Made by a program: the position numbers and the translations under genes. A stretch of DNA of 64,000 nucleotides from Thalia democratica (taxonomy: Eukaryota), in contig OZ241830.1 of assembly GCA_965202585.1 (NCBI GenBank), forward strand, positions 74,214,001 to 74,278,000. Reading direction: 5' to 3'. The notes below the pieces were generated by a model. The model had not been told where the DNA came from and ran no database searches. It worked only from the letters and a program-made list of their open reading frames with translations. Of this stretch, positions 23,237 through 35,330 are shown piece by piece; within the stretch, counting starts at the first letter, position 1, and every line of letters starts with the position of its first letter.

Positions 23237-26200
23237 CTAAACATGACAGTGGCATTTATTAATTAGCTTCAGTCTTTTAGCATTTGATTTTGCTTTTCCT
23301 TTTCTATTTCTTCTTTTTTCTTCTGCTTGTTTTTGTTTTATTTTGCGACAAACTTTTGCACAGTACCTCTTCTTGTTTTGTGCTAAAATACGAAACAGGT
23401 ATTAAAATAAAGTTTTTGCATTTTTTGGATAATAATAGTATAACAGTTATTAAAGTTTTATCATTGTCATGTTTTCTTGAGTTTTTTAAAACATTTGTTC
23501 AAAACATGTAAAACAAAATTTTAGTTTTACAATTAAACATATTGCAATTATGACGTTTATTTTTTCCATAAGCGTGTTTTATAAAAGCATTATTTTATCA
23601 GTTATTGAAATAAAAAAGAAAACCTTTGTTTTTAGTAGCATACCTAAAACGAATGCAAATATCAAACATTTTTATTTTAAACATAGATAAAATACCTTTA
23701 TTCTTAGTAGGGCACCGTGGAACACCTCTGCATTTTCTCTCTTGATTCTCAGGATCGCATCCTTCTCCAGATCTTGTTCTTCTCTGTACAGGTCTTGCGG
23801 AGCTTCTTCCCAAGATGCAGGACTGACTGCACTTCGACCACTGGCTCCACGCCTGCGGCTTGCAAACTGCCGGTGCTATTGTTTGTTTTTGTTTAATAAA
23901 AAAAATGGTGATTTTTGAAACCTATTTACGCCTTAGCATCAATTCTAATTAGCTCCATGGTTCAAACTTGCGAGCTGGTTAATAAAAAATTGCTTGTTAA
24001 AATTTGTATGTTATTGGTATACTTCTTATGGTCAGAAAAAGAAACGATGTTGAAAATGTTTCAGACACTTTAATTTCTTTAAAAATTATAAACAAACAAA
24101 GCATTTAAAGTAACTCTACAGGCAAATTTTTTGAAGTATCGTCAACTCAAAATGCTCAAATTATAATGGCTTGTGAACTGATGGATTGGAATTAATTTCT
24201 TTGAGTTGTACAATAACAGTTTCCAACTTATTTAAACATACAATTTTTATAAGAATTGTAGGTTAAGAAAACTAATTAGAATTAAAAATGTGTTTATATC
24301 TTTGTATTAAACTAACTTAGAAAAACACCAAACATAGTTTCGCTATACGATTTGACAAATAAATGTTTAGGAACTAATAAGTCAGTTTAACTAAGTTAAA
24401 ACATAAAAAATAAGTTCAAATCAATTTTGAACGCAAAGTTTCCAAAAAAGTATGTTTGTAAAGCATAATGATTAAACTTATGAAAATGTTGTTAAAATCA
24501 GTGGTTTTTTTTGTTCTTATAGTTATTTCTGTGATCAAAATTGAAATTTACAAAGTTTAAATTACTAAATACTATTAAATTACTAACCACTAGATTAACA
24601 AACAAAATAATTAAAACAACTCAATGCGTCAATTTTTAAAAAGTGTATGTTAAAATTTTGATAAAAACTTATTAAATCTAAATAAAGAAGAATGAAGCCT
24701 TTTTACTACGTTTGTTATTATTTACTTACCAATCCGTGCTGTTGTCGGGCACGGAACAGAGCAAATATTTTTCTCCATCTCAAAACTTTCGCACGAACTA
24801 TTTTTGTTATTCGGGTTGTCTAGAAATCTTTTTCTGATGGTGGATCCTGTATATAAAACATATTGATAAGTTCCAAACTCTCTATCATAAAATTAAAAAT
24901 TAAAACTTTTTTTAACTTGTGTAATAATCGTAATGTCTAATAAGGTAGGTCTTAATTTTAAGTTCTGTGAGTAACTTTTCTTTTAAAATAAAGAAATGAA
25001 AAGCTCAACAGCATTTTATTATGTTCGTTTAAAATTGTTAAGTTTCCTTAAGAAAGACCAACTGATCAAGTTTTTTCTTGTTTGCATGTATTTTATGGAT
25101 TGATAAAAAGTCAACAAAATAATTTTTAAGTAAATTGTCAACATACTGACCCATTCCGCAAGTAGAGGAGCATGGCATCCATTCTCCCCACTCTCGATAT
25201 TCGCATACTGTGACGTCACAATTATCTTGCAACACGCACACTTCCTTCTCCACCTCGTTCGAGCTGCAGTCTCGATCTGTGTTTAATTAATTTATCATTT
25301 TTAATATGATGAATTTAAACTAATTTTAAAGGTTTTAAAATGCTTATTCTGCAAAAAAAGTTTGAAGTTTCAGTAGAACACTAAAATATAAAGTTTTATT
25401 AACAGTTTTGTTTTTCACAAAGTTTTTGATAAAAAGAATATTGGTGATTTTTAATTTGCAGTTTCAAAGAGACAGCTTTAATCAACAAAACAAGTATTAA
25501 ACCAGTTTACGGATACTTTCACCACTTGATGGCGCTACTCACCTGCACCCAGGGGCGAATAAGCGTTCCTCTGCCGCGTCTTCACTCCCATCCCGCAAGT
25601 TTCGCTACAGGGGGTCCACCCCGACCATTCGCCCCACTCGCAACCGTGACGTAACTGTTGCGATTGTGACGTCACGTCTTCGCACGATTGTGACGTCATG
25701 CACTTGCTGTTCTCCATCTGGAAGTCCTCGCATTGCACGTTTTCTTCTATTTTTTATAGAAAAAAAATGTTTTTCGAAATGTGAATTAAAGTAATCATAT
25801 TTTTTATATTTAAAAATTGTTTAGTACAATTAGCATGCTACTCTTTAAAAAATTAATAGTTTCAGTTTTGTAGAAACTAACTGTAATTAAGTTTTTCTCA
25901 GTAAAAAACAATATAACTGCTTATTGCAAAGTAAACTGAAAAATAATCACGAGTTATGTAAATATTAGCAAAAGTTTTAATTTTTAGTTTAAATAAACAC
26001 TTATTGTTTCTATCTACTTGTTGTCGAGTTTAGGAATCTTTTTCTGAACGAAACTCCGACGCCACAGGTAACAGGACAGTTAGACCATTCTGACCAAGGT
26101 CCATAATTGCAACCTTCTACTTGAAAACTACCGTCTAAAATATAAAAAAGCATTAATTAATTAATAAAATTCATTAATTTTAGTTTCAAAATAATTTGAG

Positions 26201-29200
26201 GATCATAAATGTTATAATTTAATGAACCTAACACGCCTTTGCAACACCAGTTTATAAAAGATTTTAGGTCGTTTTTGAACTAAAAATACATTTTACATTC
26301 ATAATTTCGGTTTAATTATCCACTATTTTTTGAATTATAATTTACTTCTTTATAAAACAATTTATTTAATTTTTTTTTAGTTTGCAACTTTAAAATCAAT
26401 TTTCAATACCTGATTCACAAAACATTGATTTTAAGCAAGTTGATTGTTGCATAATATCAGTACACATTGTTTCATTTCCAATCCTATAATTATATAATAC
26501 TTTTATGATTATAACTTCAATCCTTAAACTTTTTACAAGTTTTTACATAAATTTGTATATAAATTTAGCTAACTAATTTCAACTATTAAAGGGATTTAGT
26601 TTCAATTTAACCTGCTTAAAAACAGTACCTAAATGTGATTAATAATATTTTGTAAAAAAAATTTAGATCTTGAAAACTTATGCAAAGCTCTTCTTTTATC
26701 GCAATTTTTATTAATCATAGAACATAAACAAGTTAACGCATTTACTTCAACTTTTTTTCCGGTTATATTGTTTGTTTTCTCGAAATAACTTTCATGGATT
26801 TTTTAATAAAATTAAATTATCACTTAAAATGACACTTTAACGCGTTCATAGCAATATAATATAGTTCAAACGTTGACCAAACATTTACTTATATACAATA
26901 TAAATGCATTAACTTCACTCCTCGTTTTCTGAGTGTTTCCCCACTACCGCAAGATGAGGAACACGGCATCCACGGAGACCACGGAGTGTAGAGACACATG
27001 GAATGATCGCAACTAGGTTGTTGGCAATGAACCAATTCTGTGTTTATAGATTAAAAAAATTAGTAAACAATGTTCATTTTATTTATATTCATATAACGGA
27101 GTGTAAAGACACATGGAGTGATCGCAAGAAGGTTGCTGGCAATGTACTAGTTCTGTGTGCTTGTTATTACAAACATAGTTTTTTGAAATAAAATTTACTT
27201 ATAACATTAAACAATCATTAATAATTTTGTTTAAGATGGTTATTTTGTGTTTAAAAAGATCAAAGTTTTGTGAAAGAAAGTTCTAAATCTGTGTAAAAAC
27301 CTAAATTTATTTAACTATTTTACAAAAAGTACGTTTGATATTTTCTTTTACAATATTTTACACAAGTTTTATTTTAAAGTAATTTTCATAATTTTAAACC
27401 TTTCAGTGGCGCTTTGCAGAACGCGGGCTCGGATGGCCATTTCATTACTCTCTGGCGAGATCTGACGGAATCACCACAAGTTGCACTGCAAGATGACCAA
27501 CTTGTCCATTCTGTTAATGATTTTTTAAATTTTAATGTATATATCTAAACACTAAATACTAAAACTAGTTGACTGTTAGTCAGAAAAGTTTAAACAGTTT
27601 GAATAAACGATTAAAGTGGTCAACAGTCAACGGTAGTGCTTAAATTATTTACTTCAGCGGAATGTTTTGAATAGTAAAGATCAAACAAAAAGATAGGTTT
27701 CACTTTTAATTTATTTTAAAAATAAATACTTTCATTAAACTTTTCAAGTAATATAATTTAATTAAGAGCTAAGTTTGACTTTTATGTACAAATATGTCTA
27801 GGATTAAATTTATGCTGCAGATGTAGTAGTAAATTTTATTTTTAGATTTTAATTTTCTCTTATTTTTATCAGTAATTAATAACTATCGGCTAGAAACTTT
27901 TACCTAGCGCATTCAACAACTTCAAGTACGAACCTGAATAAATGCAACTTGTAGAATTGCTTTACACGTTTACCAACCTGAACAAATGCAAGTTGTAGAA
28001 TTGCTTTACACATTTACCAACCTGAATAAATGCAAGTTGTAGAGTTGTTGCTGTTCACGCATTCGCTCGCGCCAAGACAAATTTCTGTCTGCATTACGTC
28101 ATCGCAGTCTTCTACGTCACCGCGCTTCAACATTCTTTTCCGGTTCTAATAACAGCAATAGACAAAAGTAAGTAGTGTGTACTATAATTAACTTTTTGAA
28201 CAAAATACAATACCACTGTATTAAAATCAACAAAACAAAAACAAGACTTTACTTAATCTGAAAACATTTTAGTCTCTATCTGTGCTCGACTTTTTGTTAG
28301 TAACAACATTTTGAAAAAGTGTGTTTTCAATTGTATATTTGATATAATCGATTGTATAACTAAATTTTAAATGTTTTTTTAAAAGATGACTATTTCTAAC
28401 TAACTTATAAAAACTCTTTTTTTATAAACTTATTCAAAAATATTAGTAAAGTTCAGTATAAAAAAGTAAGTCAATAAAATGTAAAGAAAGTTTTCGGACA
28501 TAAATACAAAAAAAAAATTACTAAGTTATGCAAAAATTGAAACTTTTAAAGTACAATTTAAAAAAAATAAATAAAACTAATAAACATGGTTTACTTTATT
28601 TTAACTTCGTTTTTGATGTAAAGTAATAGTTTTCTAACAATGAATTTTGAAGTAGTTTAGATATTTTTAAACACAAACCGCATCAAAAAAATTTCTACTT
28701 TATTTAAAAATCATTTATTTTTTGAAGTCTTAACGATGATAAATTTCGTTGTAAGTTATTAACCAAGTATAAACTTTCTATTTCTCACTTCAGAACAACT
28801 GACTAATGCTTGAGAAATTTCACAAGTATTTCTTGTGTATAATTGTCAACAACAAAAGCTAATTTTAAATTTTATAAATAGAGCATAGATCTTTAAATAA
28901 GTACTTTAAATATTTATTGTACTTATAGTAAACCCCGATAAGTTTCGACGAAGTTTATTGAATTAAAATTTGAACATATTCAAAAGTAATTTATCATGTA
29001 AATTGTTTTTACGCTTTAAACATACACCAAAATAACTTTAAAAATACACCAAAATAATTTTTATCTGATTTATTTTGATAAAAAATCGGAAAACGGTTAC
29101 AACTATTTTAGCTATTATAGCTAATTTACTTAAAAAGTTAACTAAAGGCAATATTTCGGCTATGTTCTGAGTAATACAACTTCCACCTATCGTATCTGCA

Positions 29201-32200
29201 TAGTGTAATGACTATTTGTGTCAACAATAAACGGTTTTAAAGTTTAAACATATACCAAAATAATTCTACAAACCTTCAATCCCCACCCGCACGACACGCT
29301 GCATTCGTTCCAATCGAACCAATCAGAGTACTCGCAGCTGCTCTCCACGGAATCTTCATCATTTGACACGTGATCATCCACCTCTACGTGCTCGCTCTTC
29401 CCGCATTGCGCTCCCTGTTTATTAGAGTGTTGTCCAAACACTACGTTGTTAAGCCTTAAGTTTTAACCAGTTACACTAATTTGTTGTTTAACTATTATAG
29501 CTTTACGCCGTTTCTCTGCAGAGCAGTTCGTCAGTCACAAAAAAAAGCTGTAAAACAAAAATGCAAAGCGATGAACTAAAATAAAATTAGACATGGAAAC
29601 AAAATTAAAGCCTTGCTACATCCTTGAGCCTTAATTTTTGCAAATTTTAACCAATTAACACGCGGTGTTTTCGTGTTCTTCAGAAATTGGTATCTTACAA
29701 AGCTAAAAAAGCACAGGTATTTCAAGTTTGATAATAGATGTCTAAGATTTTAAGTATAAAAGCTTAAAAAAGGTAAAGCTCAACATACAATTCAAAAATA
29801 ATATTTTGAATAAACATAACTTTATACAGTTGCATATTAAAATAGATAAATTCTTTTTACTTTCTCTCACATTGCTCTTCCTATACTTTTAGTAAATATT
29901 TAGATAAAATGCTTCAAGTCGATTAAAAAGCTTAAAAGCTACGTTAGTTTTGAAAAGTTAATAACTCAAGTTAATAATTAAATTAGTATTTTGAAGAAGC
30001 ATAAGTTATACAATTACATATAACAACAGTGTACATTTTAATGTTATGTTAACGCATACTTTTTGTATTGTTTCATTTTAAAAGCTAACAACAATTAAAA
30101 AAACTTAACTAATTAGTAAATAAAAAAAATCTATTGTTTTTTATCAAGTCTTTTTCTGACAAAGGTTGAATATTAATAATTCTCACCTTAAGAGACAGTC
30201 TTTCGATGACGACCCTGGCGAACGGCTTAATACTTTCACCTGATTGGCTGTAAAACGGGGATTTTTCATCGTCTGTGACGTTCAGCGGCCTGATTGGTTG
30301 ATGAGGTCTCGATGGCTTGTTGGGCGACTCGTAAGAAATTCCGTCGTCGGTACCCGCGTCCCACGGGGAGAGCATGAACCTGGAAGTTGATTATTTTGTA
30401 ATCAACTAATTATATATTTTTTATTATCAAGTTTATTCTAAATAAGCATTTGTAGTTTTCATATAAATTTTAAAAACTTACGAAAGTAATTTAAAAAACA
30501 AAGACAAAGCTTTTTGTGATTAAAATGTATGTGTGGTGTACTATTCAGAACTCACTTGATAACAACTTGTAAATTAATAGTATCAAAATCTAACAAAACC
30601 ATACAAAAGTGTTTCAAGTATGTTTACAAAAACAAGTAATAATAAAATAACAAAACACAACCAACTCTCTTCTCCCAACCCAGCCGCATCCGGGCAGGCA
30701 CATAGACTCCCGGGAAAGACCCACGTTCCAATCTGGACTCGGACCGACCATGCTGACTATTGAGAGGAGCGGGTGAAACTTGTCAGCTGTGTAAGTCGCC
30801 ACTAGGGGGTCGAACCTTCGTAAAGATAATTAATTTTTAAGAAGATTGCATGTTTTTTCACTTACACAAAAACTTTATTCTACTTTTGTATCACTTTTAC
30901 ACTCACAAAATGTAAACAATCTTCAAAAATTCAAGTTTTATGAGCTTTAACTAACAAAAAAGTCTCAAATTAAGCAAGTATACTCATTTCTTAAAACTTT
31001 TCTTTTTCTTTATTTGCCTTTTATTGCACTTATAACTAATTTATTTCGACATATATCGTAACCGGTAAAAATGACTAATAAACTAATAGCAATAAGCATT
31101 TATAATAAAACTTGCAATGATAAGATTTTGGCACGTCACTTTAATAACTTTTTTATAATTTAATAATGCTAAAGGAAGTATTTTAAGTTCTAATCTTTCT
31201 ATAATCGACGCCTTATACTGTGTAGTCGAAATACCGCAGTTTTTGCTGACTGAAGTAAAAAGGAAAAACTGAGATATTTTAAAAAAATTACAAAACAACT
31301 TTAATAGACGTAATTGACTGCTTTGAACTTTTGTTCTCACGAGAAAAAACTATTGTGGTTGCAATTAAAACAAATAATCTTTTCTAAGTAATAAACAAAC
31401 TTGTCACATTATTGTTTTTAAACTTGCTATTTTTCGTAGACTTGAAAACAAAAACAATCATAAAATAGTAAAAAATTAATGCAAAATAATTCATTAAAAC
31501 TGACGATAAATGACTTTTAGTTTATGATTTTAGCCTACCGGTGAGTTATTCAATAATCAAAGTTAAGCTGTGAATATGTAGAAAAAAGGCCAAAAACTTT
31601 TTTTTTGTTAATAAAAATAGTTTTTACAGCGTTTTTCTATATTTCATTATTCACTTTAAGCGTTATCTCTATAAGTTTGTTCAAATTGAAAACTGTAGTT
31701 GCTTAATTTACTAACCAAAAGTTTCATTTTTTTACACATTAATCAACTTAGGTTAAGTAGTATCAAATACGTGCTGTTTCAGACAATATATAAAAAAAAT
31801 AAACTCTCTAACGTTTGCAAACAAAGTTTATATAAAATATTTTGTCAGCAATTTCTAAACTTTATTTAAAAAACCTTCCGTTTCTGGGGAATGCAGGCCA
31901 CTGGGCCCTGGTCTTCACCACCGACAAGACTTCCCGCCCTTCCAAACTGGAAAGCTCCAGAATGGTCTTTTGGGGGAATCCCCACTCAGCTATCTGCTGC
32001 ACTCCCTCGCTGGCTAATTCACCGTACTCCCATATGGAGTAGGACGGCGAATGGGAGGCGCCCACCACGTTGGACCAGTGGGTGGAGTAATCTGTTGTAA
32101 ACAGTTTTAATAAAAAAAAATACTAAGCTATTTTGTGTATTCTTGAGGAAATATATTAAATTATTTGTTTATTAAAGATTTTTTTTGTTTTATTAAAAAC

Positions 32201-35200
32201 GTGAAAGATGTGCACATTGGGTTGAGTATTATTGAGTAAAAAAATTAATTACTTAAAAAAAATTTTTTTTTTCAGTTTTAAGGATTTTAATTTATATGTG
32301 TTCAAAGTTTAGGAAACTTTTTTATTATGTTTTTTTATTTTTTATTTTTGCTTTTTTAATCACAAAATATTTTGAAAGTTATGTTTACTCAAAATTTTAT
32401 AATTTACTTTCTGACTTATTTGGTACAACGTTTGTTTCATATTATGTTTAAGTTTTTTGACAAAAGTCGGCAACAATTTTTGACGAAAATTTTTCAAAGT
32501 CCGGCCGCAGCAATACTCAAAAGACTACTGTGGGCGTTAGTGTTTTTTGAAAGTTTTAACAGAAAAAAATTCATAAATAGTAGCAAATGTGTTAAGAAAA
32601 CAAAAAAAAAATTGCAGCAGTTTGCTTGGGGCACGTTCAGCTCCAACCCGCGCATAAATCGCAACCGCGGAAAGTTACCGACTAAGAGTAAAGGTTAGGG
32701 AAAACAGTGATAGTAATAAAAAACAAACAAAAGGAAAAAAAAAAACTAACAGAAAATAAGTAAGAATGTTTAGAAAAAAGAGTTACTAAACTAAGGTATA
32801 AGGGTCAGGGGTAACAGTTAAAGAAAAAATAAACTTAAGAATACCAAAAAAAAATATTGTGGGAATTGTAAGTATACCGGTTTACTCATCAGCAAAAACC
32901 TATTAATTTTTATTTTTAAAGATATGCTATATAGTGTCAAAGTGCTTTTTAAACTTTTTTGTATAATAAAATAACATTTTTCATACTTCAACTTTAACAA
33001 AAATCAAAAGAAGTTTATTTAACAAAGTAGTCAATATTTAAATAAATAAAACAATAATAATATGAAATACAGTTAAATCCATAAGAAATAAAGTTGAGAT
33101 TTTGAAAAATTACATTTATTAGACTTTTAATTAATATAAAGATATAAAAGTCGAATAAAGTTTCAAAATAAGCAACTTAAAACTAACTTTAAATTGACAT
33201 AATTACCATCAAAAATTTTATTAGCTTATACAACCATACTTAATAACTCATTAAAAGTATCAATTACTTGACTCATAAAACGAATAAGCTTAATGGCATT
33301 TTATTTGCTTTTAGATTTTGAAAAATAAATCATACTTTTTTTTATCTAGTTCATTCTTAAAACTTTTCTGATTCTTTTTTTATTAAAAAAAACTATACGT
33401 TATTATTGAAACTTTTAGTTTATTATTCTATACAATACAAAAGTAATCAGAGTTTTAAACCGAGTTTATACATAAGCTTGAAACAATAATTATGACTCAT
33501 GGAAAAAAAACTTCAACCCAATGAAGTATTAGGGTAAAACAGTAGTTAAATATTAGTATTTAAAGCAAACCTAATTATATTTTATAACTGAAACATAGTC
33601 ATAGATTGTCTTGTTTTAAGCTGTTCATTGAAAAACAAAATACATAAAAATAACATTGCTTAAGATATCAATTCAGTTATTGATTTGTTACTACTTTAGC
33701 ACAAATAAAACAGTTTACTTTTCATGAATACAGTTCATTTACGCGTACCTGGATAAAATCTGGGGTGGGATTGCGGAGACCATATTCCGTAAAATTTCAT
33801 CCGGTAGGTGGCGCTACCGCACGAGCAACAGTTTGAATCGCCCTCATCGCTTCCCTGTTGGCGCTCGCATATCTTGGTGGCCAGATTGTCCGCATTCTTA
33901 TACCAACGCGAACCTAGGAGGATAGAGAAATAAACGTCTAAAGTAAACTTGATTATTGTAAAATACATGAAACACTCGATTAAATGAATGAAGTGTTTAT
34001 AACAAAAATTTATTAATAAAATTTTGAATTAATAAAAAGCTATGAATTTAATATACATGTATAATAAATTATTTCTCAATTTAAACCTCTGAAGAGCTCG
34101 TAAGCAAAAAACACTAAACATTGATTAAACGGTAAAAAATACATCATTTAATAATGGTTTACTTAATATTTCACCTTTTTCGTGAACGGCAGCGGACAAT
34201 GTAATGCATCCGTTAGATGTCCCCGGAGAGACCCACTTCACTCTGACGTAGGACTTCTTGCCCAGGTGGGAGTTGATCATGCTGGTCACGGAGCAGTTGC
34301 GTTGCTCAGTTGACGTGTACTTGCTGTGTGCCTGGTTTGCAGAGTGGAAATATGAAAAAATATTTAGATGTACATATTAATCTTTCATGTTGCTTAAAAT
34401 AAATTTCATTCAGGGTTTTTTTAAGTCAAATTAACGTAATTATCTTTAACAGTTAAATACAATATAAAGGCTTTTACTTACATAAGTTATATTGGTTTGA
34501 AACATGCTTTATACTGTAAAGAATTATTTTAATACAAATTAAAAGTTGACAACAGCGATCAAGTTAATGCAGTAACCGATCAAAACATAACAGTTTGACT
34601 TAAACAAAATGCTCAAAAATTAAATTTAAGATATAGAATTTCTTCGAAAGATAAAACATTTTAATTTTGAAGCAAAATAAAATATCTTTAAACAAGTAAA
34701 CAGTTTAAACCTTTAGTTTTCCAGGGTGTTTATCATCATCTTCAGATTTAACAGAGATGTGAAAAGCTCTGAAAGACTGACCTCTAGTGCTTGAAAGTGT
34801 AACTGTTATTGTTAGAAGCTTGTTATAATAAGAATCAGAAAAACCAAGTCAAACAAAAACCCGAACACATGCATGCCTTTTTCAATTGAATATTTCCAAA
34901 AGGTACACAAAATAAAATTGTCTAAAATTCATTAACCTTTGGTTCAGCTAATCTTAAAACTTTTTTAAGATGTATGTGAGACATATCCGAGATAAAATAT
35001 TTTACTAATTTACATTTCATCAAAAAAAAAACAATCAACTTGAATTGTTACAAATAGTTAGAAACATAAAAGATAGTTTGTACAACTAAAGTTTTTTTTA
35101 AGATTAGTTACTTAATCACGAAATATTCATTTTCGAAACAAACCGGTATACTCCCTGTCCGGTTGGTAATATTCGGGTTTTCCCTCGATGTGCAACCTGA

Positions 35201-35330
35201 ACCCTCCGTTTCCCGGTTTCGGACGCGGGCGAAGCTGACCGTCGCAGCTGAAGTCCACCTGGTGTGGAGAAATCGACCGAGCGGTCGACGCGAGCAGCGA
35301 GGCCACTATGAGAAGGTTATAGAGAACCAT
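23237..35330 (-). CDS. SPON1: F-spondin (spondin-1)-like protein, 874 aa, 18 exons: signal peptide, Reeler, Spondin_N, 7 TSP1 repeats, basic tail
   Basis: Exons 35330-35144, 34802-34711, 34331-34175, 33913-33749, 32091-31875, 30815-30666, 30379-30187, 29414-29274, 28145-28022, 27510-27400, 27037-26914, 26483-26410, 26134-26018, 25746-25543, 25276-25151, 24846-24730, 23875-23696, 23382-23237. All are GT-AG and phase-consistent, totalling 2625 nt. Motifs: WSNVVGASH, SMVGPSPDW, PWDAGTDDGISYESPN, WxxWxxC. Confidence 0.92.
27098..27152 (-). CDS. Duplicated short alternative exon of the spondin gene (55 nt; ELVHCQQPSCDHSMCLYTP)
   Basis: cacag acceptor, gttata donor, same phases (1 in, 2 out) as exon 27037-26914. 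It encodes the same residues as that exon's first 55 nt despite 8 nucleotide differences. Confidence 0.55.
27931..28043 (-). repeat. 44-bp tandem repeat (about 2.5 units) spanning the splice donor of spondin exon 28145-28022
   Basis: aacctgaa(t/c)aaatgcaa(g/c)ttgtaga recurs at 27931, 27975 and 28019. Confidence 0.95.

Noticed and set aside
27931-28043. CRISPR-like interpretation of short regularly spaced repeats (also 39600-39780)
   Set aside because: The spacers are themselves repeated, the context is eukaryotic exon/intron sequence, and there are no cas genes; these are ordinary tandem duplications.
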